Numbered from the stretch's first letter, positions 1 to 10,777 are shown. The stretch is 64,000 nt of DNA from an uncultured virus (IMG/VR IMGVR_UViG_3300029705_006997) (IMGVR_UViG_3300029705_006997), one strand, 5' to 3'. A program made the numbers and translations. The notes: generated from the letters alone by a model not told the origin.

Positions 1-495
1 AAGACAAGCGTTCTTTGGTCAGGTATGGATATGGAATTTGAAAATATTACGGATGTTGATGAACTTACGGAATATTTCAAGGAAGCAACAAGCTCTGTAT
101 GGCAAGATTCAGAAGAGTATCAGAACGACCCTGATGACGAAAAGGCAATAGGTCGCGGAAACTCGAAAATCTGGGAACAGAGGAGACTTGGTCCATATTA
201 TGACGAAAGCGGCAATGTTTATTATCGTTATGCTTGGTATCTTGTACCGAGAGTATTGTCCGATGAAAATCTCAGTGAAACAGACCTGAAATGGTATGAT
301 GACATGCGTAATGACGGTGCCGAAAAGGGCTTTGGAGACATTGAGGAAGATTTGGATAAATACAAAGAAAGTCATGAAGTTGACGAGCATAATACCAACA
401 ATACACCATCTGAGGCAACAGGTGAAGATATAGACGGTTATAAGCGTAAGCTTGCCGAAAATGAACGAATTGCTGACTGGATAAGAGTTGACTGA
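1..495 (+). CDS. Hypothetical acidic protein, probably truncated by the window edge
   Basis: The frame of ORF 25..495 is open back to base 1. Confidence 0.6.
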   Translation, partial: KTSVLWSGMDMEFENITDVDELTEYFKEATSSVWQDSEEYQNDPDDEKAIGRGNSKIWEQRRLGPYYDESGNVYYRYAWYLVPRVLSDENLSETDLKWYDDMRNDGAEKGFGDIEEDLDKYKESHEVDEHNTNNTPSEATGEDIDGYKRKLAENERIADWIRVD

Positions 496-1132
496 ATGCT
501 GGGACCCTGACTGTACGGAATGTGAAGGTAAAGGCGGTCACGGCGATTTCAATACTCTTGCTCAGGGTGATATTATCATTAAAGATGATAAGGTTTATAT
601 CTGGCTTGGAACAGATGCTGTCGAAGCAATGTTCCCGCTTGAAAAAGACCCCGTAAGCGAATCGGGTGATTCGTCAACATCATCGGATGATTATGTGCCG
701 TTTGATACATCCAAGCTTTGTATGGCAGGCGGAGATGAAGCTCAGAAGCTCAAATCTGTTGATACAACAGGTTTTGAATGGAGCAAGCCTTGCGAAGCTT
801 ATGTCGACCATGAAACTCCGTGTCCTGAACACGGTGTTCTGGAAGAACTGCCTACAACTCCGGAGCCTCACGACCCTGACGCTTGTATGCCATATAATCC
901 TGATGGAAAATGGACAGTGTACAGATGCATTGTACCTAATTATACTGATACTTATCGTTCTGCAGGTATTCTTTATGACCCGACAGACGAAGATGATTGG
1001 GAGATTTGGTACAAATATCGTTACAAGGGTATGGAGCCGACATCAGATACACGTCAGTATCTTGAAGAGATTCGTAAGGAACTCGGTCTTGATATTGATA
1101 CTGATTATCCGAGAGACCAAGTAAACAGATAA
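488..1132 (+). CDS. Hypothetical Cys/acidic-rich protein (possibly a frameshifted continuation of the upstream ORF)
   Basis: 214-aa ORF with weak TTG start overlapping the upstream stop; followed by a hairpin. Confidence 0.55.
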   Translation: MTECWDPDCTECEGKGGHGDFNTLAQGDIIIKDDKVYIWLGTDAVEAMFPLEKDPVSESGDSSTSSDDYVPFDTSKLCMAGGDEAQKLKSVDTTGFEWSKPCEAYVDHETPCPEHGVLEELPTTPEPHDPDACMPYNPDGKWTVYRCIVPNYTDTYRSAGILYDPTDEDDWEIWYKYRYKGMEPTSDTRQYLEEIRKELGLDIDTDYPRDQVNR

Positions 1133-1139
1133 TTGATGG

Positions 1140-1175
1140 CAACCACAACGGTTATATAACCGTTGTGGTTGTTTC
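1140..1175 (+). terminator. Palindromic hairpin, likely terminator
   Basis: CAACCACAACGGTTATATAACCGTTGTGGTTG followed by TTTCT. Confidence 0.65.
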
Positions 1176-1187
1176 TGTTAAAAACAC

Positions 1188-1249
1188 CTCATTTATGAGC
1201 GATTATAACAGAAAAAGCTATTGACAAGGTGGCACGGGTATGTTATAAT
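1188..1249 (+). promoter_or_regulatory. sigmaA-type promoter with upstream CTCATTTATGAG box
   Basis: TTGACA 1221-1226, 17-nt spacer, TATAAT 1244-1249; box 1188-1199. Confidence 0.8.
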
Positions 1250-1308
1250 AAGTAAAGAATGGAACCGTAATTCAGGTGACGTTTTCAGATAAGGACAGGT
1301 GAGGGTTT

Positions 1309-1953
1309 ATGCGGTTACTGCCTGATAGAAATTTTAAAGAGAATTATAAGAAGCGTTACGATGCCAATTACGAAAAAATAATGAATTACCGTAAGGAGAG
1401 AGCTGAAGCCAAGGCTGCCCGACCGCCTTTTGATTTTGATAAATTCAAAAAGACATTCGTCGGAGCCGGAGCGGTAATTGTAATTTTCGGATGTATTTTT
1501 GGTGTAGGCGCTTTTTTTTCGAGTCTTTTTGAAGAAAATGAGAATGAGATAGCAAAGCTTGAACAAGAGATTGCAAATATCGAAAACACTATACAGCAAT
1601 ATCAGATAGTCAATTCTGAGGAAAAATATGCTCAGATAAACGAGGCTTTGCTTTATATAACGGCTCTTCAGAATCAATATGCATCAAATACTTTCAGTGA
1701 AAATTTTGATGTTTATGCAGAGCGTTATCTCGGTGAATATAACAACAATTGGGCAGCAGAAATTGAGACATATGATAATCTCACATGGAAGGGTTATCTT
1801 GATAACAGCTGTGAATTCAGAAATAGTGCAGATATGCTGTTTATTTTGTATGACAATTCAAAACCTGTTTTGGTTGCAGAAATATCTTATGGTCTGACTG
1901 AAGCGGGAAATCTTGATACGCTCAAAAGCGTAAGAAAGCAGGTATTGTCGTGA
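1309..1953 (+). CDS. Single-TM coiled-coil hypothetical protein (possibly conjugation associated)
   Basis: 214-aa ORF, RBS, one hydrophobic helix. Confidence 0.75.
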   Translation: MRLLPDRNFKENYKKRYDANYEKIMNYRKERAEAKAARPPFDFDKFKKTFVGAGAVIVIFGCIFGVGAFFSSLFEENENEIAKLEQEIANIENTIQQYQIVNSEEKYAQINEALLYITALQNQYASNTFSENFDVYAERYLGEYNNNWAAEIETYDNLTWKGYLDNSCEFRNSADMLFILYDNSKPVLVAEISYGLTEAGNLDTLKSVRKQVLS

Positions 1954-2504
1954 AGAATATACTTAAAATACTCTGCATACCTGTTGTTTTTGTTGTTATA
2001 ATAGCTGTTTGTGCAGTTCTGCACAATAAATCTCTTGAAAAAACAATAAATGAGCTTACTGTAAGGCGTGATGAATTGCAAATCATTGCCGATGAAATGA
2101 TAGCCGATTCACATCGTATTGATGCTCAGAGTATTGAGGATATTCAGCTTCTTGACGGTGTATTTAGTAAAATGTTCACATTTTACAATATGGAAGAATT
2201 TGATGCAGCTCGTGACTTTGCTGTTGAATATAATATTCCTGAGGTATTTGTCGATGCTTTTTACAATAAAAAAGAATTGGCAAATATGTACACCGATTCA
2301 ATGCTTGAGATATTATGCCGATATGATTCCTCGGATATTTATCTTTTAAAAAGAGAAGATGATACTGCATATTATTATGCGACAGTTACATTGAACACTG
2401 TCAAATACAGTGGGAGCTTTGATTTGGCTATTTTCGTTTCCGTCAAAAGCTATGGTGATGAAAGGGAACGAATTACTTCGATGTTATATTATTACATAAC
2501 ATAA
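1950..2504 (+). CDS. N-terminally anchored hypothetical protein
   Basis: 184-aa ORF translationally coupled via GTGA overlap. Confidence 0.75.
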   Translation: MKNILKILCIPVVFVVIIAVCAVLHNKSLEKTINELTVRRDELQIIADEMIADSHRIDAQSIEDIQLLDGVFSKMFTFYNMEEFDAARDFAVEYNIPEVFVDAFYNKKELANMYTDSMLEILCRYDSSDIYLLKREDDTAYYYATVTLNTVKYSGSFDLAIFVSVKSYGDERERITSMLYYYIT

Positions 2505-2560
2505 AATCAGACATAAATGACGTATTTTCAACATAATTCAAGACGAAAGGATTTTATGAA

Positions 2561-3010
2561 ATGATGGATGCACTCAAAACCAATTCGCAATCAACTGACA
2601 ATATTGATAACAAAAAAGTCAGAAAAAAGGTTGACAAAAAACCTAAAATCAAAAAAGAACGCAAGAAACGTGATTGGGTCGGAATAGTGCATAGAATATG
2701 CAAGATAGGTATATTCCGAACACTTGAGGCCGTTGCTGTTTTCATTTTAATAAGCACACTCAGTATTTTTATCGGCAGTTCTGTGCTTCCCACGTTAGCT
2801 TTTACGGTTGCTGATGGCAGCAATATCACTCAGTCTACGGATTTTTACACCGCTTGTGCCACATGGCTTTTGCCTATGCTGTTTTATGCATTATTGATTG
2901 TTTGTGGGACATTGGCCATTTTTCGTAAATTCATTAAATGGTTTCATAATAAAATAACAGGTATTATCAATACCGAAGAAACAACAGAAAAGGAGAGTAA
3001 TCAGAAATGA
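2561..3010 (+). CDS. Two-TM membrane protein
   Basis: 149-aa ORF with RBS and two hydrophobic segments. Confidence 0.75.
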   Translation: MMDALKTNSQSTDNIDNKKVRKKVDKKPKIKKERKKRDWVGIVHRICKIGIFRTLEAVAVFILISTLSIFIGSSVLPTLAFTVADGSNITQSTDFYTACATWLLPMLFYALLIVCGTLAIFRKFIKWFHNKITGIINTEETTEKESNQK

Positions 3011-4482
3011 GCAGAATAGCATATGCTTTCGACAAAGCCACATCTCCTGTTAAACGTGCAGGGTCAGCAAATGTCGTAATACATCCCGAAAGTCAGTATA
3101 TGGCATTGTGTCAGTTTACCAACATATATTGGTCTTTTGATAAGGAAAAGAATTATGCACCAATGCTGCGTCTTGAGGGTGAAGTGGAGCGTCTCGATTC
3201 GATTTGCAGCAGCTGTAAATCCAAGGATACAGCCGCTTGTACAAAATGCCCCAATTCAAAATTTCCACATAATTTTGATACATTGTATTTTGGCGATAAT
3301 AAGCCGCAGGTTACATATGATTACTCTTTTGATGAAAATCAGCTCGCCGAGCTTGCAAAAAAGGGTTTTTGGTCGGATACCGGAGTAAATATTCCTGAAA
3401 AATTTACTACGGCAAAATTTCAGCTCGAAATAAAAGCTGTTATTGAGGAGCTTGCTGATACTTATGATAAAGACAGGATTCCCGTTTTTAATGTAATCCT
3501 GACCAAGCCTCATGAACAGTCATTTGATGTCAAGGCTTACTCTCTTGCTCAGTTTATCACAAGAAAACAGAAGGAAGAGGCTAAGGTTATTGAGGTCAAG
3601 GGTCTCGAACAGGAAATGAATATCAACGAACTTGTTGAAAAGTCTAAAGAAATTCTTGAAGCTGAAAAGCAGGCTGCTCAGCAGGCAAGCTATAAGCCTA
3701 AATCTGCCGCTGAGGTTGCAGCGGAACGTGCATCTGCAAATATTGCAGCGAATGTCAGCAGTCAGCTTGATGATATTCAGGCTCGTCGTGATGAAAATAA
3801 CGCTCGTGTCGAAGCTGAAAAGGCAGCTGAAGAAGCAAGAATCAAGGCTGAACAGGAAGCTGCTGCGTCAGCTAAGCCTGAGGAAAAGGATAAGAACGAT
3901 GTTGAGTTCAGCGAAGCTGTCGAAATCAAAAATGATGATGTTCGTAATCTCACAGGTGGCGTAGAAGCCAATAAGTATGAAAATAACAGCAGTATTTTCA
4001 ATGCATCTGATGAAGATATTGATGAAGAGCTTCCTGAAAATGTAGCAGAGCTTATGAAGAAGCTTGGCGGTGGTAACAATGCGGCTTCCAATGAAGCTGA
4101 TAATGTTGTAAATGAGCCAATCGATGATGTTATTATTGAAGAACCTGTTGAAAATTCAGAAGGTTCGTCTGATAACAGTTCAACATCTGGTTCCAACAGT
4201 GATTCAGGTGCGGCTTCAGGTGCTCAGGGTCTCGGTGTTTATACATTCGAAGACCAGTCTACAGCTCAGTTTGAGGTTCGCAGTGATGTGAACGGCAGCG
4301 AAACAAAGGATGACAATGATAAGAAAAATGAAGAAGATGAGAAAAAGGCTGATGAAGTCAAGGCTGATGAAAAGCATGATTCCGTCGAAGACGCTGCTTT
4401 GAAAAAGGCTCATCTTAACAATATCATCAGTAATACGACGGTGAAAGCTGACAGCAAGGATAAGAATGACAGGAGCAAATAA
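3007..4482 (+). CDS. Hypothetical protein with Cys cluster and acidic low-complexity C-terminus
   Basis: 491-aa ORF, ATGA overlap; CSSC...CTKC. Confidence 0.8.
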   Translation: MSRIAYAFDKATSPVKRAGSANVVIHPESQYMALCQFTNIYWSFDKEKNYAPMLRLEGEVERLDSICSSCKSKDTAACTKCPNSKFPHNFDTLYFGDNKPQVTYDYSFDENQLAELAKKGFWSDTGVNIPEKFTTAKFQLEIKAVIEELADTYDKDRIPVFNVILTKPHEQSFDVKAYSLAQFITRKQKEEAKVIEVKGLEQEMNINELVEKSKEILEAEKQAAQQASYKPKSAAEVAAERASANIAANVSSQLDDIQARRDENNARVEAEKAAEEARIKAEQEAAASAKPEEKDKNDVEFSEAVEIKNDDVRNLTGGVEANKYENNSSIFNASDEDIDEELPENVAELMKKLGGGNNAASNEADNVVNEPIDDVIIEEPVENSEGSSDNSSTSGSNSDSGAASGAQGLGVYTFEDQSTAQFEVRSDVNGSETKDDNDKKNEEDEKKADEVKADEKHDSVEDAALKKAHLNNIISNTTVKADSKDKNDRSK

Positions 4483-4488
4483 GATTTT

Positions 4489-4526
4489 TACCCGTTGTGA
4501 TTTATATATTACAACGGGTTTTTTAT
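4489..4526 (+). terminator. Intrinsic terminator
   Basis: ACCCGTTGT...ACAACGGGT plus T tract. Confidence 0.7.
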
Positions 4527-4542
4527 TGAAAGGGTGATATGA

Positions 4543-5103
4543 ATGGTCAGTTTGGCAGGTAAATTTGAAAGAGCAGTGGAAATGACTTCGAATTCAGATG
4601 CAATTTCTGATGAAAAAGCAACAATAATCTGGACGTGTATTCTTGTAGTCTGGGCTATAATTTTTGTCATACAGTATTTTCTTGGTTTCGGAACTGCTTA
4701 CAGATGTACCAAAAAAGGCAACGATAGGGGAACAGGTTTGTTTTTGTATTTGATAGGTTTTTCTTTCGCTGCTTTGATACCCGGATTGGGACTGCATTAT
4801 TACATAAAGCATTTGCAGACAAAAATTATTATTCAGCAGGCTGCTCCGCAGCAGCAGAATATTATTCGTGTTGTAGACGCATCTCAGATGCCGCAATCGC
4901 AGAATATGCAAATGCAACAGCAGGTTTCTTCCAATCAGATGAATCAACAGGTTTATAACCCTTATCAACAGCAGGCTGTAAGACCTCAGGTTCCGCCTGC
5001 GCGGGATATAGCTATTCCAAATCAAAATCCTGTTCAGATACAATATGAACAGACGCAACCATCCCAGTCTGTCAACAATCAGTCAAATAATAATAAACAG
5101 TAA
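4543..5103 (+). CDS. Two-TM membrane protein with Gln-rich tail
   Basis: 186-aa ORF with RBS. Confidence 0.75.
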   Translation: MVSLAGKFERAVEMTSNSDAISDEKATIIWTCILVVWAIIFVIQYFLGFGTAYRCTKKGNDRGTGLFLYLIGFSFAALIPGLGLHYYIKHLQTKIIIQQAAPQQQNIIRVVDASQMPQSQNMQMQQQVSSNQMNQQVYNPYQQQAVRPQVPPARDIAIPNQNPVQIQYEQTQPSQSVNNQSNNNKQ

Positions 5104-5118
5104 AAAAGAGGAGTCTTT

Positions 5119-5526
5119 ATGAAGGTTTCAGTAAAACATACACATAAAAAAGATGCACATAATCACACCATTCGATTCACGTCTGTTGAAAATTTCAATG
5201 AATTCATGTCATTCATTGATATATGTGCTGATTATAAATTTTCTTGCAAGGATTCGGAGCGCTATAAGAAATTGATTGATAATATCAAAAATAATATCGT
5301 AAATGAGACATCAATTTCAATATCTGAAGATGATTTTTGTACGTTGTTCTCACTCATGACGCATATGGCTGTATATGAATTGCCTGAATTCATAATTCGT
5401 CAGGAAGAAGCGAAAAATGCTCAGAAAGAATTGAAAAATGCAGCAATGAAAGCTGTTGATAGTGCAAAAGAGCTGATAAAGCTGTATGAAAAAGAAATTT
5501 ATGGGTATTCAAAAACATTCAAGTAA
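5119..5526 (+). CDS. Hypothetical protein
   Basis: 135-aa ORF, GAGGAG RBS. Confidence 0.75.
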   Translation: MKVSVKHTHKKDAHNHTIRFTSVENFNEFMSFIDICADYKFSCKDSERYKKLIDNIKNNIVNETSISISEDDFCTLFSLMTHMAVYELPEFIIRQEEAKNAQKELKNAAMKAVDSAKELIKLYEKEIYGYSKTFK

Positions 5527-5545
5527 TGTGTTGTGATTATGAGGA

Positions 5546-6028
5546 GTGAAACATAATATGGGTAATATTTCAGTTGACAGCGGCGGTTTACCATTCAGTG
5601 ATGCAAGTCATTTGGCAAACCATTTGAACTATTTGTTCCGAACAGATAAAAATCAGAAATGGACAAATGAGCTTACAAATCAAAACATTGTTTGTATTTT
5701 CGACGGAGACGCAACACCTATTCCATTTTCTGATGATTTGAATTCAAGAAAGAAAGTAATGGAACGTGCGAAAGCTTTGTGTAAAAACCATGATATCGGT
5801 TTATTACAGATGATGAGATGTGAATACGCTGACAATAATATTTACGTATTTGATGACGATATGTATGATGATTTGGTAAATATCGTCAAGGCTATGCAGG
5901 ACGCAAATGGTATTACATTGTTACTGCTTGTTACGCATTGTGACCAAAAGCAGCTGTATACGCATTTTCATATAGTATATGAAAATAAGACGGATAAGGC
6001 TTTACCTGAGATACTGGGTTGGCAATAA
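5546..6028 (+). CDS. Hypothetical protein with HxxxxxxxxHFH (HUH-like) motif
   Basis: 160-aa ORF; start may be ATG 5558. Confidence 0.65.
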   Translation: MKHNMGNISVDSGGLPFSDASHLANHLNYLFRTDKNQKWTNELTNQNIVCIFDGDATPIPFSDDLNSRKKVMERAKALCKNHDIGLLQMMRCEYADNNIYVFDDDMYDDLVNIVKAMQDANGITLLLLVTHCDQKQLYTHFHIVYENKTDKALPEILGWQ

Positions 6029-6047
6029 GTAAAAGGTGGAATTTTAA

Positions 6048-6716
6048 TTGATTATACGAAGAAACAAAATGGCAAAGGTTAATCATAAGATTTTTTCAGA
6101 AATAGCTGCGTCATTTGCTGACCCTAAGCGTGTTTATGTTACTGAGGATAATGCCGGAAATATGGCAATTGTTATCAAGAGCAATATTTGCAGACTTGAA
6201 ATTACAACAGGTAATGCAGGTGTGCATGTTATCGCACAGGTTGATGTTGATATTGATATCAAAACAGGCAATAAACGCAGAATTGGCAGCGAATATCATT
6301 ATGTATTTGAAAGTGATTTCAAAAAAGCCAAGTCCAAGCATTATATTAAGCAAACAGAATTGTTGTTTCGATATTTAATAGGTGAGGCATTATGTATGCC
6401 ATATACACCTGAACATAGAGCTCGTTCTGTTCCCATGGATATATTGCCGTCCGAAGTCAATATTTATGGTAAGGAACATTTCTGGGAGAATTATTTTGTT
6501 GCAGAGCATAGCTATGGTGATGTTCATAAATTGGATGAATGGCTTGAGCTGTGCTGCAGTGAGCATAGAATAAATGCTCGTCGAATTCGAGAGGATGCGA
6601 GAGTGCTTGAGGAAAGCTATGTTTTCTTTTGCTCCAATTCACCTGAGACTTATTATCCCGGTATATGTCTGATATCGTGTCAGAATTGTAAAAATCCATG
6701 TATAACTATTGATTGA
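6048..6716 (+). CDS. Hypothetical protein with C-terminal Cys cluster
   Basis: 222-aa ORF; CLISCQNCKNPC. Confidence 0.7.
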   Translation: MIIRRNKMAKVNHKIFSEIAASFADPKRVYVTEDNAGNMAIVIKSNICRLEITTGNAGVHVIAQVDVDIDIKTGNKRRIGSEYHYVFESDFKKAKSKHYIKQTELLFRYLIGEALCMPYTPEHRARSVPMDILPSEVNIYGKEHFWENYFVAEHSYGDVHKLDEWLELCCSEHRINARRIREDARVLEESYVFFCSNSPETYYPGICLISCQNCKNPCITID

Positions 6717-6734
6717 GACAGGAGATATATCATT

Positions 6735-7616
6735 ATGAAGAAAATCATTGTATTTATTATGTCGGTTACTATACTTGCTGCTTTTACAGGCTGTTCTGAT
6801 AAAAGTGATGAAAAGACTGTAACAAAAACTGCAACAACCACTACTGTTGAAACAACACTTGTTGAGACTGAGGATGTTTCCGATATTATGTCAGAGACAA
6901 CGGTTAACACATCCATTGACATGGAAGTCGGCAGTACGGATGGCACTGTGTCTTCTGAAATCGAAACATCTTCTGAAACTGAGATATCGGTCGATAAATC
7001 AGATATGGAAGCTGTTTTAGCTGCTAAAAATGACGCTATGTGGGCTATTGACATGAGCCGTAAAATCGATGAATGGGAAAATAACGTTAATCTCAGAATG
7101 GTTTACAATCTTCCTGAAGATGCGACAGGAATCGGCGGCGTGAATATGTTTATGCACAGACTTGGCGATAAGTTTGCTGTGAGCATTGATGTGTCGGGTA
7201 TAATGTCCTCAGATATGCTTTATGATGGAAAAGATATGTATTGTATAGATAAAGCATTGGGCTATTATTACAAAAGCTCTATGAGTCCCGAAGCGGGTAG
7301 TGCTGAGATGAATGCATATCTTGTGAGTGACAGTGCAGCTGATTGTTTTTTGGGAGACGGCATTGAGGAAGTCAACGGTGTAGCTTATATCTATGAGGAA
7401 TATGATATCGAAGGTCAGAAAATCAAGTATTATTTCGATGAAAACGCAGAGGTAATATATGCGGGTTCTGACGCAGACGGTTATTACATATATTTTGATT
7501 TTATTGTTGAATTTGCAGATTCAAAGGATGAAAGCATATTTGCTATTCCTGACGGATTGACTGAAGTTACAGAAGATGAATATGTGGAAATTCTTTTGGG
7601 TTCACTTGAATCATAA
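6735..7616 (+). CDS. Putative lipoprotein
   Basis: Signal peptide with lipobox FTGC, Thr/Ser-rich linker. Confidence 0.8.
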   Translation: MKKIIVFIMSVTILAAFTGCSDKSDEKTVTKTATTTTVETTLVETEDVSDIMSETTVNTSIDMEVGSTDGTVSSEIETSSETEISVDKSDMEAVLAAKNDAMWAIDMSRKIDEWENNVNLRMVYNLPEDATGIGGVNMFMHRLGDKFAVSIDVSGIMSSDMLYDGKDMYCIDKALGYYYKSSMSPEAGSAEMNAYLVSDSAADCFLGDGIEEVNGVAYIYEEYDIEGQKIKYYFDENAEVIYAGSDADGYYIYFDFIVEFADSKDESIFAIPDGLTEVTEDEYVEILLGSLES

Positions 7617-7652
7617 TGCGATTCTATGAGAATAGAACAGGAGATGACATTC

Positions 7653-7826
7653 ATGTACAACAATATAGTCAATATTGTGAAAACAATAGTTAATGCTGTG
7701 TTTTCCGAATTTGGAATGACGGGCAGTATCATGATGTGTGTTTGTCTTATACTGCTTATGATTGTTTTTTTTAAAAATTTGTTAAAGAATGATGAGAAAT
7801 TATCTGAATATAAAGTAAAGGAGTAA
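7653..7826 (+). CDS. Small membrane protein
   Basis: GGAG RBS before ATG 7653 inside ORF 7626..7826; one TM helix. Confidence 0.55.
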   Translation: MYNNIVNIVKTIVNAVFSEFGMTGSIMMCVCLILLMIVFFKNLLKNDEKLSEYKVKE

Positions 7827-7836
7827 TTTATTATGA

Positions 7837-8676
7837 GTGAAAAAAAAGACTGATGAACAGAAGATAAAAGTGGTCATCTCACTGGAAGAATGTGATTATT
7901 TTAAAGACTTGTTTGATTTGTGTGCCTGCATTCACAACGATAAAGGCAACATAAAATCAGAAAAGAACGCAAGAGCGATTTCTGATAAGTTTAAGAAAAT
8001 CGTCGATAAGCCGGGTAAAAAGGCTATGGCTACCGGTGTCACATCAGTTCGTTTTTCAAATGAAGATGTACGAACCATGCTTCATAATTTCATTGTATAT
8101 AATGCTTATTCTCACAGAGAAAATGAGGATGAGCAGGCAGCTGAGGATAACATCGAGCTTACTGTTGAAGCAGATGCGTTTGATGCCTTGGTTGATGACA
8201 TTGAGTCTGAGCTTTGTTATTTGAGCAATCAGACAGATGAAGACCCATTTTATGATGAAGAAGAAAATGCGGCAGCAACGGCAAGATATAAAGATTTGCT
8301 CGAAACAATGAATTCCGGTTCGAATACCGAAACTGATGATGCGGTCAATATGTCTATGTCCCGCGATAAAATCGAGGATTTGTTGAATTTTGCAGGCAAT
8401 TCAATCTCTGAGTGGCAGGATGCGAATGCAGACCTGTCAGTTGAATGTTGTGCCAGACAGGATGCAATTGACGAACTGACAAAGCAGGTGGAAAGCTTTG
8501 ATGAATGGTTGTTAAACCGGTACAAGCGTGTTTGTCATGCAAGCAGCTTGGCATTCAAGGCTGTAAAAGGTTTTGGCGATTTATTCGATGCTGTTGCTGA
8601 GATAGCAAACATTGATGATTTTGATGAAATTGTCAAAGACGTCAATAGTTATAGTTTTTCATCTGAAGAAGAATAA
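7837..8676 (+). CDS. Hypothetical acidic protein
   Basis: 279-aa ORF. Confidence 0.75.
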   Translation: MKKKTDEQKIKVVISLEECDYFKDLFDLCACIHNDKGNIKSEKNARAISDKFKKIVDKPGKKAMATGVTSVRFSNEDVRTMLHNFIVYNAYSHRENEDEQAAEDNIELTVEADAFDALVDDIESELCYLSNQTDEDPFYDEEENAAATARYKDLLETMNSGSNTETDDAVNMSMSRDKIEDLLNFAGNSISEWQDANADLSVECCARQDAIDELTKQVESFDEWLLNRYKRVCHASSLAFKAVKGFGDLFDAVAEIANIDDFDEIVKDVNSYSFSSEEE

Positions 8677-8694
8677 AAAATTGGAGCATTTGGT

Positions 8695-9159
8695 ATGAAC
8701 ATTAAAGAAGAATTAACATCTGAACAGATTGCAATGACTGTTGAACGTTATGTGACAAACAGTGAAATATTTTACATCAAGAATGGTGCGTTATACAGGC
8801 AATATACGGAATTTAAGCGACCTGCTATATTGATAGGTGATATTTTTCATCGTTTTGCAGCCTTTGATTCATATGATGTGTTGGTTGAAAAATATTTGGA
8901 TATCAAAAATGATGTCTTTCCTTTGGATGATTTTACTGTTGAAGAACAGGGCTATATTCTTGTTCGTCATTGTATTTTGAGTTCATATCCTTCACACACA
9001 GGCGGCAGTTTTACTGAGGAATTCTGCAATCTTCTTGTTGCGTCTTCAAATCCTGATATCAAAAAGAAATTGTATCCTGATGCAAAGATGTGGCTTAAAG
9101 ATGAAATGGAATATTTTCCGATGAAATTAAGATATGAGCAGTCTTCGGATGTATCTTGA
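8695..9159 (+). CDS. Hypothetical protein
   Basis: 154-aa ORF with GGAG RBS. Confidence 0.7.
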   Translation: MNIKEELTSEQIAMTVERYVTNSEIFYIKNGALYRQYTEFKRPAILIGDIFHRFAAFDSYDVLVEKYLDIKNDVFPLDDFTVEEQGYILVRHCILSSYPSHTGGSFTEEFCNLLVASSNPDIKKKLYPDAKMWLKDEMEYFPMKLRYEQSSDVS

Positions 9160-9180
9160 AATGATGATTTTCATTTGAGT

Positions 9181-9214
9181 AAAAAAAAGAGCAACCCGTA
9201 GGTTGCTCTTTTTT
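9181..9214. terminator. Bidirectional intrinsic terminator
   Basis: AAAAAAAAGAGCAACC-CGTA-GGTTGCTCTTTTTT between convergent units. Confidence 0.8.
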
Positions 9215-9308
9215 CTTATTTCAGACAACTATGATATAAAGATGTAAGTTGAGGCTTTGTATTAGCAGAAATCAAGCGTATAAATCGTTCATTACATCTT
9301 TAAATCCA

Positions 9309-9414
9309 ATCCGCCTGACCGCGAGGTCAGGATTTTACTTAACACCTGTACTGCCAAAATCGCCGGCCTCATGCTCTGTGTCAGAAAGCTTATCAGTAAT
9401 TATGATTTCAGAAA
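9309..9414 (-). pseudogene. Degenerate copy of the dut 3' end plus downstream hairpin
   Basis: Aligns by eye to 12407-12513 (shared GATTTTACTTAACACCTGTACTGCCAAAA...TCTGTGTCAGAAAGCT). Confidence 0.85.
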
Positions 9415-9442
9415 ATACAGGAAATAATATTAACCATTGCAA

Positions 9443-10777
9443 TTATTCATCATATCTGGTTTTCGGTTTGCTTGACTCAGATAATTTGTTGGCAATGTCT
9501 GTTGTGTTGCAATCGGATGCTATTGCTCCTAAAGAAGCACTTCTTTCAATTGGATTGGACGCACCGCAGTAATTGACATCATTAAGAAACGTTTTTTCAA
9601 CAGTTGTTGTCTTATTTCTTGACAAAGCTACAGATTCTAACTGTTGAATTCTATTTTCAACAAAATTAACAATTGCGTTACGTCGATTATCATCAATATA
9701 TGTTTTGACTTTTTCATCTGATAAAATATCATTTATTTCATTGGTCATAGAGTTTAACTTTGAAAAGTCGAGCCAATCGAATGAAGATACGAGTTTTAGT
9801 TGTTCTTCGTGAGTGCTTTTGAACGGTCTGCATTCAATATTGATATGAAGTCTTTGAGCAATTTTATCATAGCCTAAAGAAGAACCACTATCAAATATCG
9901 GAGCCATGCTTGTCCATTCGAGAGTGTTTGCATCACGTATTATGCCAAAATTATTAAAATGACGGTCTTCGTTTGCTATAATATAATCAAGTACGAACAT
10001 TTCATCAAGTGCTTGTTTACAATTTTTTATTCCATTTTCATCACATATATTCACAAAATGATTGTAGGGACTACAGTTATTTGAACGCATTTTACTATGC
10101 ATAACTTGCCAAGCACTTACTAATTCCGTGTCAGCTGTAATGAAATCTTCACATATGCTATAAGGTTCATCATTTTGCCATTCGAGCTCATAAGTGACAT
10201 GAGGTATGTTTAATTTACTCATTAGCTGTGATGCAATTACTTCATTAAAAGGCTGCTGCATAAAAGGGTCATGTCCCGCTTTAAGCAAACATCTTTTTCC
10301 GTTAATTATTTTCCAACGTTTTTTCAGCTGACCATCTGACGTATTGTCCGGAGAACACAGATTTAATGATTCATTTGAATTTTTGTTTCCGAACATAAGG
10401 TCGCCCATATCTTCGGAAAAATCATTTTCGAAAAAATTAACATCGTTCCAGTTAATGGTACTGTTTGTCGGTTTAATCCAATATTGGTCTGATAAACTTA
10501 AGCCAAAACTATGTTCAAGAATCAATTGAGGAGTGCTTATGTTCAGTGTGTCAAGAACCTTTTGAATACCATGACGGCTCGCCGGTATCGAACGTCCTTT
10601 GAACCATTCGTTAAGGTTTGCACAAAGAATGACAGCATTTTTATGTTGAACGCCGACAGGAAGATGTTCAGCAGATAATAAGTCAGATATTTTAGATATA
10701 TTACCTTTTGTTTCATTCATACATAAATGAGCAACAGTCTTATTTTTATGCATCAATGTATAATTAAAGTCTTTCAT
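9443..10777 (-). CDS. HipA-family Ser/Thr kinase (toxin-like)
   Basis: SDGQLKKRWK, LLK, NEVIAS, IIANEDRHFNNFG and APIFDSG motifs; ATG 10777 or GTG 10786. Confidence 0.85.
   Translation of the reverse strand: MKDFNYTLMHKNKTVAHLCMNETKGNISKISDLLSAEHLPVGVQHKNAVILCANLNEWFKGRSIPASRHGIQKVLDTLNISTPQLILEHSFGLSLSDQYWIKPTNSTINWNDVNFFENDFSEDMGDLMFGNKNSNESLNLCSPDNTSDGQLKKRWKIINGKRCLLKAGHDPFMQQPFNEVIASQLMSKLNIPHVTYELEWQNDEPYSICEDFITADTELVSAWQVMHSKMRSNNCSPYNHFVNICDENGIKNCKQALDEMFVLDYIIANEDRHFNNFGIIRDANTLEWTSMAPIFDSGSSLGYDKIAQRLHINIECRPFKSTHEEQLKLVSSFDWLDFSKLNSMTNEINDILSDEKVKTYIDDNRRNAIVNFVENRIQQLESVALSRNKTTTVEKTFLNDVNYCGASNPIERSASLGAIASDCNTTDIANKLSESSKPKTRYDE

Noticed and set aside
470..500. Programmed frameshift joining the first two ORFs
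   Set aside because: No slippery sequence or stimulatory structure evident; could be two genes or a sequencing error
9249..9572. 107-aa plus-strand ORF
   Set aside because: Antisense to the dut remnant and the kinase 3' end; no RBS
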